Assembly: GCF_964204645.1 (NCBI RefSeq)
Contig: NC_134030.1
Coordinates: 3,080,778-3,144,777 of the forward strand
Origin: Tubulanus polymorphus
Taxonomy: Eukaryota > Animalia > Nemertea
Reading direction: 5' to 3'
DNA length: 64,000 bases
This document shows, one piece after another, positions 36,163-49,496 of this stretch. Positions within the stretch are counted from its first letter, which is position 1. Each line of letters opens with the position of its first letter. The notes below the pieces were generated by a model. It ran no database searches, was not told the origin of the DNA, and was given only the letters and a program-made list of their open reading frames with translations. The translations under genes and the position numbers were made by a program.

Positions 36163-38564
36163 AGAGAGGGAGACGCAGGAACAACACGCGGAGAAAACCA
36201 TCACCGATACAGAAAAATCATCATTATTTTTAAGATATAATAAAAAGAAAATCAAGGACAGCAATTATTATGAGAATCGTGTACGTAATTATAGTTAATT
36301 CATTGTTAACATCTATGACAAAGAAAATGATGTAAGTAAGTCTATAGTGGAAACGATAGTGTGTGTATATGACGTGTTTGTACTGAGAGCAGCATCTTGC
36401 GTTTCCGTCCAAAGCGTAAGCGCCGAAATCATGAATCGTGAATTCTGAGGAATATGTGCTCTATAGGTAGTAGGATTATAAAATCGATTATTATCATCGA
36501 GTCTCGGTACGAAAAAAATGTATTTAGGTTTCTTTGAGAATATTCTGCTAAAAGCAGTTGCGTATGATATGCAGGATACAGCTCAGTTGTTGACTCTTGA
36601 TGGTTGGTATAAGTTTATTTGAAAGGAATTAAGCTTAAAAGGTGGCGTTGGTCGACTTGCGCCACAATGCACACCGTTGAAAGTGATCACAAATCAGCTC
36701 AGTTGCGACAGTGCGCGACTAGTCTGTATCTATTGAAAAAGCAATTCTAGCTCGCAGTTGCAAGGCCAACCTACTCTTGCCTTAAGTGTTGGTAGCTGAA
36801 CAGGCTCATTCATATTCGAAATGAGTTCAATTTCAATTAATCTAACTCGAGATCCTGTATCACACCTGCGAAGAATCCTAAATATATTTTCATGAATTTA
36901 ACATCAGGGAAATCTTAGTATCTCGACCCCTATAAGGTAACAAACTAGATCTTGTATATGTATGAAATGCTTTGAACGAGTTGAAGCAATTTTGGACGAC
37001 AATTTGCTGTACGAGGAATTAATGAAGTTTGTAGAAGATGTACACGAAAGTATTATATCGATGGACGAAAAATGATGATTTATAGATGTGAAAATTGACG
37101 ATTTGAACCGGAAGAATAAAGACTCACTGTACAATGAAAACCCTTCATAACATGACCTCTTCGTAAACATTTACAGTTAGTTTCATAAAACATTGTAATC
37201 CGTGTCAACTGTCGATGAATAAAAATCCCACAATAGAATTTTATGCGATGAAATCTATGAAAATGAGACTGAGTGTTATGAAGGAGTTGTGAACTTTCTC
37301 TGACAAATACCAGGGTAGCTATTTAATTGTATAGTGTGTTTTTATCTCTTTCTGATTTATTATGCATAGGTTTTTGGTGCTATTTTCACTGAATGCTATG
37401 ACGAACATCGGTGCCTTTTTCTGAGTAATGTATATTCATTATTGAATCTAGAGATTAGTTGGAAGCGTTTGATAGCCATTTAATACATTGGAAGTAAATC
37501 ACTCCGCATTTAAACCTCTGGGCTGGTTGCGCATATGACATTTTATAACCATTTCTAAGTTGTTGTGTTGGCTCGCTGATGGGCTTAGTCAGGTCTTACA
37601 CATCTCTAAGCGGCCTTTACTGCGCAACTGACCTTGAGAATTAATTTGAAGCAGTTCTTATAGTTATGTAATCACGCATCAGAGATGCTGTGTTGTGTTT
37701 AACGACTCGATTTAATTTTATCAAAGTTATGTTTTACTTGATTAAAGTATTATGAGGATAGATCAAATCCTCAAAATTCAATCATTTCTTCAGTGTTATT
37801 AAGGTTTTGTAATAAAGCGGTATAAGTTGTTTTTAGTCGACACGATTTTGAAATCTACATGAAACATCTTCGATTAAGCGTTAGTTTTTTAAACGGCGTA
37901 TCATCGAATTTTCATTAGGATATGAATGCTAAAAGCTTATGGTTTTTCACCGTAAAAAGATCGCATTCTCTTCAAAAACAAATTGTTTCTTTTGGACTGT
38001 GTAACTGAAGGGAACGGACGACACTAAAACATATTTTCTATATATTTTCCTGAGCTGAAATGTTTGCTTCTATAGATGTCGTGTTTGTACATGTAAAATG
38101 TATTTATCATGTTGGTGCTATCAAGCGACAAACATAATCTAACCAACCGCTTTCATACGAGAGCTTCCCTGAAAACCAATACGCCATCTATCTTCTTAAC
38201 GTTGAATCAGTCAAACGAGATATCGGGCAGAAAATTACTACTAAAGATATATTTTATAGACGAGTATTGAAAATAAAACGAAACTGATGGTCGTTGCTTG
38301 CGAGCGTGTATTTAAAATTGAAACTTAGATATTTAAGATAAGTGTCAAGCAGCGATTTGAATTGTAAAGATATTTATGAATTGTTGGCGATCTGTTTTGG
38401 AAGCTTCTTCGATTGAAACTTTGTGGGCAATTAATTGAATAGGACATTTTTGATACCGGTACATAAATTGATGATACTGTATTCGAAGAGTTTCTAAAAC
38501 ATTTCAATGAGATGACCTGATGGCTGTTTGTAGGCTGCAGTCTTACGAGTGGTTTGATTATTCG

Positions 38565-38853
38565 TTAACCCTTTCAGTGCTGGCTAATTAATACCCTTTA
38601 GTGCTGAAGATAATTTGAAAATTCTGAAAAATTCCACCCTAGTGTGTTGAATAACGGGAATACCACTATAGTGCGTCTACACCCTGGTGCGGTGTATCGT
38701 TAGTTACTAATATTTCACTATGTTTGACAGGTGCTGCCACCTTTCAATAGAGATAAAAACTAATTAAATCAATACACCGCAGTGCGGTGTACTAGCAAAA
38801 TCCATCACTGATTTATACACCGCACTGCGGTGTAGACGCACTGAAAGGGTTAA
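38565..38853 (+). mobile_element. piggyBac-type MITE family A, copy 5 (inside predicted 3' UTR)
   Basis: Intact TIRs and TTAA at both ends. Confidence 0.9.
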
Positions 38854-39505
38854 ACTACAGTCTTCAAACGGATAAAAGCTCATCTCTTCAACATTTCACG
38901 GCGATTGATATTAATATAAATATGAATATAAATATACTTAATATGACGATAATATTGATAATGGTAATAATATACATGTATTCTTTGTAAGTAACTAAAT
39001 GAAATTATGGTAGATGTAGATTAGGGTGTTTGTAGTATTTTGTAAATCCTTCTTGAGGCTTAATTCTGCTGCCATTGCTTTGCGTTTTAGTTTCCCATTT
39101 GTAGCTTAAGTTGTGATGTTTGAATTGGGAGCCAGAGTACGGGACACATTTTAATACTTGTTAGAAAGAGTTAGAGAGCTTGTTATATGTAACACAATCT
39201 CTGATTGGTCTACATTTACGTCAACGGTAGCTCGTTTGATGTAATACGATCCCTGATTGGTTCGGAAGGTTTTTTATGTGTAAATCACCGATTCTAGTTG
39301 GTGCATATATGTATGGGAAGTTCAGAACACTTGAACGCAATTTTCATGGTATATTCTGATGATAAAGACAACCGATGATTTAAATTTCATGGCCGGCCTT
39401 CCTACCTTTACCTATTAGTGTAGATTTTGCTTAATTACGATTTGCCTAGCTGAACAAGATTATTATATGTGTAATTATTTTTTTTCTGAATTTTTAATGA
39501 AAAGG

Positions 39506-39556
39506 AATAAACTCCAAAATAAAGTATTGTGTGTTTGGTTGTGTTTCTTTTTTTCA
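39506..39556 (+). terminator. Probable polyadenylation signal of the Ig-FN3-GPI gene (3' UTR about 3.3 kb)
   Basis: AATAAA at 39506 and 39518 followed by a GT/T-rich tract (gtattgtgtgtttggttgtgtttctttttttc); earlier AATAAA hexamers exist, so alternative sites are possible. Confidence 0.6.
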
Positions 39557-40082
39557 AATACATGTTCTGTAGAATCCGCTAAATTCATCAGGTTTACAGG
39601 AATCCGGATTAATATTCGTTTTCTTGTGAATAAATGAACAAAATGTCCGGGTAAGACAAAAATGGGGCTCGACTGTTCTTTATAATGGAACCAGTGGACG
39701 CATGTGGGTCAATATTTTAACTATGAAACAACAGAATTTTGAGTATAGTGAATCGAGTGGATTTTTCTTATTCCATTTCACCATCAGACAAAAGGAAAGA
39801 CTAACGAACGAACCACGTACAAATATCTTCTTTATTTATCAAAGGGTGACGAAAACAATTCTGCAACATAAAAAGAAAATGACGACAATATTCCTGATTA
39901 TATCGGTGTACAACAGGGGCTATAGTCTTAAGATTTGACTAACTTTTGCCTGGCTGGGCCTAGATGTTTGGAACTGAGTTCCTTTTGTTGAATAGATGTT
40001 CCTTCCAATGACTGAGTTATAATAACTAAATATTTATACGCTGTACCTTCATCCAGCTTTATCAAGCGTTATACATAAATTA

Positions 40083-40404
40083 CAGTGGAACCTCGTTACA
40101 ACGAACTTCATGGGGACCAGAAAATGTTTGCTACATATCCGGTATAGAATTATCAAATTGTTCTATTTCGGATGAAATTCTAGGTTCGTAAGAACCGATA
40201 TATCCGAGGTCGTTATAACGAGGTTCTATTGTACAAAGGACCTCGTTACAACGAACAGACCTAATAATTGTACGTTTATAATCACCGACAGTTCGTTATA
40301 TCCAGTACGAAATGATTGAAATTTTCCAATTTGTGACCAAAATTCTAGGTTCGCGATAACCGATAAATCGTTGAATCCGAGGACGCTAAAACGAGGTTCT
40401 ACTG
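40083..40404. mobile_element. Two adjacent Tc1/mariner (pogo/Tigger-like) MITEs, 40083-40231 and 40234-40404, in the inferred 3' UTR of the minus-strand gene
   Basis: ta-CAGTGGAACCTCGTTACAACG...CGTTATAACGAGGTTCTATTG-ta, sharing a TA with a second copy ending ACGAGGTTCTACTG-ta. Confidence 0.85.
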
Positions 40405-40488
40405 TATCGTGGGGCAAAACTCATTCGGCAGAGGCGGGGAGGGGTGTACGGGGGGGGGGGGGTTACGGAAAGACACATAAAACTCTGA

Positions 40489-42219
40489 TTACAAGTTTCT
40501 AATAGTAGACGTGTGCGAAATACTGGGCGACGCTTCTGAAGCAGTAGTTTGATAATGATGATGTATTTGATGATGAGGCGTTGTTGTTACGCGAGTGAAA
40601 TCCCCCGATTCGTCGCTGATCTGCATTTCTTTTACTTCCTCGTGACTCGAATAATTAACTTCAACTTTGTCGTCGCTGTTGAACGGAGAAGAATTTATAC
40701 CGCCGTTTATCCTGTCGTTGTCGCTGGAGGCTTCGTCGGAATTTCTAATTTTCAGGTTGCATCTCGTACTCGAGAGTGAAGCTTCAATGTCGCTAGTATA
40801 CCGTTTGATATTCGTAACACGGGAAAGATCAAGCGCATGTTGGTATCTATCGGCTGTGAATGTACCTACTGATAATCGGTTTCGGCCGAGTTGCGAGGTT
40901 GAATACCAATTGGTCTGCGCATTCTCAGCCGTCAATGGCTGTTGTCGTAAGATCGTTGTTTCAGTGTTGGTAGCGGCGACGGCGACAGCAGGTGGTTTCA
41001 ATTCATTTGGCACAATTTCCGCACTCTCCACGTCGCTGTCAGCGTTTATATTGATATCAGAATTGGACGAGAAATATTCGCTACTCATCGTCGAGATGGG
41101 TTCAGTAAATGGCTCAGCACTTTGCGCAACACTATCGCGGCGTTCATTCTCAGATTCGAAATCATCAGTCAATAACGTGGCTAAATAGCCATCGCTACTG
41201 AAAGAAGCCGATAGAAATATCGTATTGTCTTTACCAATAATGGATCCATCACGATTTACATCTATTTTTTGAGATTGCTGCTGCTGCTGTTTCTGCGGTT
41301 GTATTTGATTGTTTCGGCTATAAGAATCTATATGAACTAAGGGTGTCTTCGTACGTTCGAAATGCCAGCCGGAGGCGACGTCGAAATAACCAGCCGAGCC
41401 AGTCCTTCGATAAACAATACTTTCGCGCGCTGATTGCAACGATTCGGTTTTATCAGTTCGATAATACGGCGAAGATTCGATGTGAAATGTATTTACAGGT
41501 CCTAACGACGTAAATAAAGTGTTTTGAATATTGTTTGTGCGATGGTTCGGACGCGCCGTCGCGGTGTTGCGTATTGAGAGCTCGGATTCTTCGTTCATTT
41601 GCCCGTAATCTAATAACGACAGACGGCTATTAGTTAATTCTTCTATATTGCGTGAATAACTAACGTCGTCTTTTGAAGTTACGGCGACGATAATTTCATC
41701 CGAATTATCATCATACGATTCGTATTTCTGCTCCGCCATCGCGCTGTCAGAGATCATCAAACTACCATCAGAACGACTGGTGCTACTGGTGACTTGAAAC
41801 TGTCGTCTAAACAGCTCGTCTCCGTCTGAGAGAGGCGGAACTGTAACTGTCTCCTCGGCATCGGGCGATATATAATCGTCGATGATATCCACCGTATCGT
41901 AAGCAGATGATGACGTCGCCGTCGCGCGTATAGAATGTTCATAGGTGAAATTCGACGAAGACGAATCTTCGGCAGAATCTATCAAACCGTTTCGAGTATC
42001 TTCAGTAGTTCTGTACGGCTCGGTTGTCGGAGTATTTTCAGTAAATGCATAGATATCGTTTCTAGCGTTGTTTGTTCCGTTGTTTATGTCGTCGGTGTTG
42101 TGATCGGTGACGTTATTCGCGAAGTCGTTTGAATCGGGAATGTTTTCATCCGAGGCGACGTCGTCGTCTGCGGAATCGTCTGGTTGCGGTGTCTCCACTG
42201 AAATCGGCTCCGACAAAAC
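40489..42219 (-). CDS. Terminal exon (576 codons + stop) of an uncharacterised Ser/Thr/Asp-rich, probably disordered protein
   Basis: 1.7-kb stop-free frame in AT-rich DNA; acceptor ttttcttgttttcag ends at 42220, phase 0 (VLSEPISV...); short polyQ; no recognisable domain. Confidence 0.85.
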   Translation of the reverse strand, partial: VLSEPISVETPQPDDSADDDVASDENIPDSNDFANNVTDHNTDDINNGTNNARNDIYAFTENTPTTEPYRTTEDTRNGLIDSAEDSSSSNFTYEHSIRATATSSSAYDTVDIIDDYISPDAEETVTVPPLSDGDELFRRQFQVTSSTSRSDGSLMISDSAMAEQKYESYDDNSDEIIVAVTSKDDVSYSRNIEELTNSRLSLLDYGQMNEESELSIRNTATARPNHRTNNIQNTLFTSLGPVNTFHIESSPYYRTDKTESLQSARESIVYRRTGSAGYFDVASGWHFERTKTPLVHIDSYSRNNQIQPQKQQQQQSQKIDVNRDGSIIGKDNTIFLSASFSSDGYLATLLTDDFESENERRDSVAQSAEPFTEPISTMSSEYFSSNSDININADSDVESAEIVPNELKPPAVAVAATNTETTILRQQPLTAENAQTNWYSTSQLGRNRLSVGTFTADRYQHALDLSRVTNIKRYTSDIEASLSSTRCNLKIRNSDEASSDNDRINGGINSSPFNSDDKVEVNYSSHEEVKEMQISDESGDFTRVTTTPHHQIHHHYQTTASEASPSISHTSTIRNL

Positions 42220-42470
42220 CTGAAAACAAGAAAACTAACTTTGTTGAAATTTATTGACGCCTTAAAAATATTTACTTAATATTGTCGACGATAAACAATG
42301 TATTATGAATTATGTAATATTCAGGATCGATAAAGTTATTTCTAAGTATAATTGATTTAACCGGCTACCCGTCTAGCCCTAATATATTGATGACGTAGTG
42401 CACATCCTCTCAAAAATGATAATCAGAATTTAATAAAAATTATATTGTGTAATTAGAATGCTAACGTTAC

Positions 42471-42565
42471 CTCTTCAAGATCGACTTCATCGCTCGGTTT
42501 AAAGCCTCTCAACAAATCCATCTGTTCACTTTTACTCGGCGGTTCAGTTCCAACTTTGATGTTGT
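42471..42565 (-). CDS. Penultimate exon of the same gene (NIKVGTEPPSKSEQMDLLRGFKPSDEVDLEE)
   Basis: tctttttag acceptor, GAG|gtaacg donor, 95 nt, phase 1-0, open and in frame with the terminal exon. Confidence 0.8.
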
Positions 42566-45500
42566 CTAAAAAGATTACAAAACGTCTAGTTTAATTTCTT
42601 CGATTTTGACGCTAGGAATGAGTTAGAAATATTGTTAGCCGGAGTATGGATGAACGTGCTCATTTGCATATATGTAAATGACGGAGACTCCATCTGGTGG
42701 CTAAACACGGAACTCTAAAATGTTTAGTCCACGGACTTTGTATGACAAAATACATCATAATAATAGAATAGATGATTAAATCAAAAGATAATCACCGACT
42801 GCACCGAAGCATTTAGCGAAGCATTAAAGGAATGCGGACCCAATATAGACTTAGACCGAAAACTGTTTATTTCTCTGATGGACAATGATGACGTGTACTG
42901 TGGCTAATTCCAGATATCATTTACAAAGCTCGATGCCGAAGTTGATCTTGTTAGCGGCTGATTCTAGCAATCAACGTTGACAGTTTCGATTAGCGTCGAC
43001 TTTATTTTCGAGCAAATTGACAGTTAGCGATCTCTACCGCAGCGGTTTTTTGCATCAGTATTGTTTAGTCGAGCGGAAAATCAGGCAAATCGTGGTACAT
43101 TATAGATTACACAAGCCCACGTAATCATTGTACGCCTGTTGGGCGCTGGCTATCTACATAGCGTCAACTGCGTTAGATTGATTTTCTATGTATTTTTCCA
43201 AGACATTAACTTATTTGTTCATGTCATCGAAGTTGGATGATGGTGCACCGGCATACAGGCTGTATAGGCGTGCGTTAACCATGGAAGCTGAGTTTTCATT
43301 AGTTGCTCATGTAACTCCGAGGTTGCAACGAAGAAAAGAACACACGATTTAATTAATCTCGAATCGGCGCCTGATCGAAAATAAGGAAGGAGTTAGTCAA
43401 AATCGCGTATTATGTTGAAAGCTTTGAAATAATGGCGTTGTCGAAAGAATGTGTACAAGAAGCTCAGGGACCTTCGCGAGTACTTGGGATGCTCGTAAAA
43501 ACAGTGACACTTAAGATCTCAGTTCGTGAAAGAAAAAAGCTATTTAGAAGCTTCAGTTAACCTTCGTGTGTTAATCAGAATGTGTCAGCTTGATAACTTT
43601 ACAGGTGTGAATACAGGAACGAGAGAAGAGAGTGTTTAGTCTAGGGCTTCATCTCGGCTTGCTTTTAGAATGCCTGAAAGTGTGACGTGAAGAATCTCTT
43701 TGACAGCCCTAGTTATAGACGAATAAGCCTCTAGCCGAACCTAAACCACAGTGAAAGGCAACATAATCACAAAACCGCTTTGGAGGAAATTATTGTCGGC
43801 CATGAAACTGACATATGGAGATGCAAGGAGCCCTGAACTAATAGAGCCACTGACAGCATTTTGGAGCGCAAGAGAAAATCGTCGACACGATGACGTTCAA
43901 TAGGACAATTTGACTGGTCTCTAATGGAATGGTCTCAAAATGGAATTATCAAGTCTTGAATATATGAACTCGGCAAATATGATTATTGAACATACCGGTG
44001 TATAAGGTTTCGTCTCTGTCTCTGGATGGAGAGAATCTAGTGCGAACCAATTAAGGGGGCAGTACACATCGCTTTGTCCTGATTTCATGCTCGTGGTTGG
44101 AAGCCTTTGTACGAGAAGTATCTCTATAAAATCTTTGATGGGGGAAACATATTATAAGATGCTGGAATGTGTGGAACTCGTTGTGATACGGGTTATTGAT
44201 ACGGAGAACGGCAGCAGCACCGCGGACGAGGAGAAGTATGTTCGCTCGATAGCTCTTCATATTCGGACTAGTCTATCTGGTCTAGTCTGGACTAGAGCCC
44301 TTATGTTTGAGCCAAGCATCTCGTGACTCACACATACAGAGCAGCCTGCTGCATTATGTCGATGTCAACAAAAATGTAAATTTTTGAATAAATATTCACC
44401 CGTTACACTTAACACATCAGACGCACCGCCCGTTATCACTATAGTTGTTGCTCTTAACATTTCGATACAAACTTGAAAATGGAAATGTTGAATTTTAGTT
44501 GCGTTGCGCTGTTGTTTGATTGATGAGACTTTTAAGCTGTGTTTTGGCCGGACGCGTATAGCGCGGGATTTCAGATAGAAAATTGACGCCATGTGTTGTC
44601 ATCAGTGCTGTGACGACGATTAAGGAGGCAATCGCGCCAGAGGGAAGGAGGTAACTATGTGATCCGTTCGCGATACCAACTAACTGGTCGGATCTACCGA
44701 CAGCTCGCGGAGGTATAAACAACAGTCGAAACGGATCGAAAAATGTGGAAATAAGCCGCGCAACGACAAAACGTTGCTCGTCCTTGAAGCCGCTTAAATG
44801 CGCCGTTCCCCGAACTAATTCCTTCTCTTCCGAATTCTACTAAAACATCTCTAATTCGACCGTCGAACACTTTCTAATATCACGTGTTCTCTGGTTTAGG
44901 TCTGTGAAGAAAATCTGTCACGGCATCTTTTTGAATTTGGGGTCCGTCATATTCTACTGATAAACGCCATCGATAACGTTGATGATATTGATGATAAATT
45001 CAAGAGTTATTTCAAGCACCATCATCAACAATAATAAAGTGATCAGTTACTCGCGTTATCACTCTTACCAGGGATCCGGGGCCGATCAAGTCTAGAAGAC
45101 ATTCTTTTTGGTTTAGAGGGCACTTCATGAAAATAATACAACTCCGGTATTCTCGATGTATGTGGCTTAAGGTCCTGCGCTACTTAGTGACGTAGGCTGG
45201 GGGAGGCGATTTCTTAAATTTCCAATAAATTTCTGAACTATTTAGGGTACGTCCCTAGATAAACCAATCGGGCATTTTGATAATCAACGCGCATTCAAGT
45301 GTTGAGACAATGAACGGGGATCACGGACCGCGGCCGACTTAGTGGGAGGTAAATAAAGGGCACTCAGTATTCTAGGCCGTCTTTGAAAAGACGAATAAAA
45401 TGGTCTGAATCCAGTCTGAATCCGCCCCTGGGACCGAATTCACGAACTCAGTCAGTTACGTGTCTCGTATAAGATGGATACGTGTGAATATTGCGGACAG

Positions 45501-46887
45501 ACAAACGTGACACGTAGACTTACAGATATATATATATCCCTCATTCCCAAATGCATCTGGATGGTGAGAGGCAAGTGAGGATGAGTGTATCAGTCACGAA
45601 CAAGAGAATGCCTTCTGAGCCGGGAGGTGAGACAGACTAGAGAAACGGGCCATTTCAGTCTAAAAATGTCGGACTATAACTATTAAAATGCGATGGTAGA
45701 TTCTCCTATTTCTACCCCTAAGTATCGGATACTTTGTACGGGTCTCCTTCTTTCTTTTAATGAGGTTCCACTGTTTTGAATTTGAGGGGACCCAACGCAC
45801 CCTTTTTGCTACGTCCCTAGCTCCCAGAACGCGCTGGACGTGTGTGCATGAGCAAAAACAAGAGATTAAAAAGTGACTTAAACTGTCAAACTTCAGAATA
45901 ATCTAATACATGTACTGAATATCGAAAAGCTACTTAACGACGAGCAGGAGAGAAGGACGCAAATTGCCGCTAGCTTGCTTTCACCTGAGGCGGAAATTAT
46001 CGTCGCGTACCTCTGTTGTGGCACGTCTCTCTTCACATTTTTTTTTCAGGTCTGTATTGGAAAAAATGCCGCCGGCTGCGATAAACCAATCTCGGATATT
46101 TTCACGAAACGGCACCTGATGCGGATAGAAACTCGACGGCTCGGCGGCGGCTTCAGACGAATGAATGAATCCGGCGCAGCATTTTAACCGCGTACCAGTA
46201 CCTCATCTATCAAGCGAAATGATCATTGAACCAACCCCTTAAACGGCATAGATTTCACCGTGAAGCATCGTCTTATAGATCTGTGTTACTAACTGCGGCG
46301 TGTATCAGCCCATTTCTTATCATGCTAAAATCTAATTGAAGTATCATTACGAAATTGGCTTTTACGCTAATGCATTTAGCCGTTACAACGCAAATTAACC
46401 ATGTGAAATATGAAAGGAAAATTGCAACATTTTGCGGACGTGAAACGAGACGCATTAAATAAGCCGGTGTCATTTATCAAGAAAATGTTCGGGAAACAAA
46501 AACGGTTCAGTTGGAATTACGTATATACATATATACATATACTAAAAATCAGATAATTACTTTATAGACACGGGTTACATTTACAAGTCCTGGTGGCATT
46601 ACAGTTCCTGAAGGTTTGTCTCTGTGCCAAGAACCTCGAACCTGCTTATGATATTCTGAGCGGTGTTCAGTGGGCTGAGGGGAAAAGGATCCTTGACCCG
46701 TGCTAATAATGTCCCGAATGGAGATCAATGGGTTGAGGGATGAAATTGGTTCACATTTACATCACAGTAAACCATATAACTTCCAAATACGAAGCGGGAA
46801 TTGCGTTAGGTTCTTTTGTTTCAGATTCTACCAAATTAACGCAAATTTTGATCAATGTCAGCCGTATTAAGCATATACGCAGTAAAA

Positions 46888-47040
46888 GGCCATAGTATTA
46901 CGCAATCACCACTGTGGGCAGTTTTGAGGAGAGGAGGATGAGTGAGGAGTGACGACGTCACTTCCGGTAACGTCACTTCTTCAATCCTCACTCCTCCTCT
47001 CCTCAAAACCTTCCAGAGTGAGGACAGTACACAACTGGCC
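46888..47040. mobile_element. Palindromic MITE-like element with central GACGTCACTTCCGG
   Basis: gttttgaggagaggag (46921) / ctcctctcctcaaaac (to 47009) inverted arms; outer ggcca...tggcc. Confidence 0.65.
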
Positions 47041-49496
47041 ATAAAACAAGGTTTCACGAAGAAGCTAACCAAATATCATCATCTTGCATTATTGAGTATT
47101 TATCCACGGCATTCAAACGCCTCAAATTTTGCATATTCTTCGAGCGCCCACTTTCTACATACACTGCTAGTGTCGCAATGATTAATGAGATTCACCTGAA
47201 TTACACATACACATCACCTCCAGCAGCACGACAACTATTTACTGAACCATTAGTTCCACCACTGTTCGCTAAGAGTTAGTCGACTCTTAGCGAATTAAGT
47301 GACGTGCAAATACTAAGCTGATTACAATTCCCTATTTCCAGTGTAATGCCACATTTGACGCGTAAGTAAGATGTATAGAAAATACAAAAGCCGCTAATAC
47401 GAGAGCTGCAATTAAGCTTATTACAATTGCGTATTTCTAATTGGATACCGCGCAACAACCTCCAATTACAGACCGATGAGTGACGTACAGGGACGTGTCG
47501 TATTTTAGCATTGGAATTATAGATTCCGTAAAAGCCAATCACCAAATGGAGGAGACCTAATGCCGAATATCTGCCACTTAGGTTATTACAAGCTCAGAGA
47601 AGTATTAAAAGACTAGACTTTACATGAATGCCTGTAAAGTGAGAGAGGTCAGTAATGAAATTTGACGGCATTGACGTCTAGGCCGATAGTGCCATAGAGA
47701 ACTGTCACCAAAAACCGATATGCTTGAAAGCACTGAGAATTCGACGGGAGAAAACCAATTTCTGGCAAGCGAGGATGACGACGACGATGCGAAGTACCGC
47801 GTGATGAAGCTTCCTTGTTTGGACAATTCGTCGACGGCAAGTGTGCTTCGAAACGTGGTAAACATAAAACCTTACGTCAGGTTTTCCCGGCGAAGATTAC
47901 TTTAATCGGATGTACGTAGTTTCGGCCTTATGACGATCACCGCGCGTATATCTCGTTTCTGAAAAAAAGCCACTTAGCCGCTGAAAACAAGCCATTATCG
48001 GTAAAGATGAAGAGTAACAGGTTGATCAGCTGTCACGGCAGTTCCGTAAAATCCATCAGCACCGAACAGAAACTCGATAAGTTTAAACCTTCACAACAAC
48101 ACAACATCATTTCCGCCTGATCAGATAAAGCTACCACGATGATCACTATAGATATCGACGCCAGAGACCGCGGAGTCAACAAGCACAAACCCATCCACAC
48201 ATCAGCCTGAAGGGCATTTTGATGATGTCAAAAAAGGCAATGTTAGCTGTATCGACAAGGACAGTTTCATGGACAATTTTCAATTTTAAACCTGCAGAAT
48301 TACATTAGAACATGTTTTTAGTGGATGACGAATTGAAGGCAAACATCGTGGAGCTGCACCGGGTCTGTTTTAACTTCAACTCGGTTTCATAAACAGTTCG
48401 GTGATAGAGGAATGGCCCATTACACTCAGACGAGTGGAATATATGATACGATTAGAAAACCCACTATATATGCAAATAATAATTACATGATGATATTTAT
48501 TTTATCATTGATTATATGAAATACAAAATGACAAATAGAATACATGGAACATGACAGAATTAGTAGATTGATGATTCAAAAGATTGATACAATAGATAAA
48601 TATCTAAAAACTCTTTTTCTCTGGAGATCATCGTCGGTGTGAAGAAATAGATAAAACAGGGATGAGAGAACCAGTAAATCTAGTGAATGTCTAAGTGAGC
48701 AGGTAATTACTGGTAGGCACTGAGAAACATGCTCTGAAAGAAAAGAATTATGACCTGCTGCCGAGGATTTTGCTCGAACAATCTGATTAACATTTATCTG
48801 ATTAGACAGACCAGACGCTTTCTACGATTGTCAGGACGTAGAAGCCCCGTTACTGTCTGTGAACGCCGCGGAATATGAATTGTATGAATATTCTATTGGC
48901 AATTTACCGCTGTGGTTTATTATTGTGTCTGCTTACTAAGTTATGCGACGTCGTTTGCTTAAGTGGTAAGGATGCTCGGTCATCATACGTGTTTATCACG
49001 TTTCGGTTATTGTATATATTGATTTATATTACAGATTCTCCATCGCACCGCAGTCAAAGTTTGTACACGGTCTATAGAGACAGAGGACCCATCTCCACCA
49101 CTGTCAGGTTATGGCCTATACAGTTTTTTAATGCGAACTTAGGTTTTCTTCACCCAGTCTTGGAAGTGGAATATGCGTTCATTCGACTCTCGTACGCCTA
49201 ATCCACCACCGGTGCCGGCCATCTTGGAACTAGCTCTTCCAAGATGGCTGCCACTACAATGAACATGCCCAGAAATCGTGTGGTTCGCTATCCCCAATCT
49301 ATGGTTCGGACTATAGCTGAAACTTTATATTTACCATAACCTAAACTATCAAATACCAACGCGGAGATTGCGTATAGGTTTCTTTGTTCCAGATTCTCCA
49401 AATTTCCGTAAATCTTAATCAATTCTATTGAACCTATAAGGGCAGATCTTTGAGATGTTTTGATGTAAATATAAGTGAACTCTGACGCGCACTTAC

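Noticed and set aside
36051-36233. Supplied 60-aa ORF as the last exon of the Ig gene
   Set aside because: Wrong frame; the phase-1 frame from 36071 gives the GPI signal
40549-42132. Plus-strand ORFs (up to 173 aa) overlapping the 575-aa ORF
   Set aside because: Antisense shadows of the minus-strand coding exon
47876-47958. Minus-strand exon with good splice sites
   Set aside because: Stops in all three frames; at most a non-coding or poison exon, with no further support
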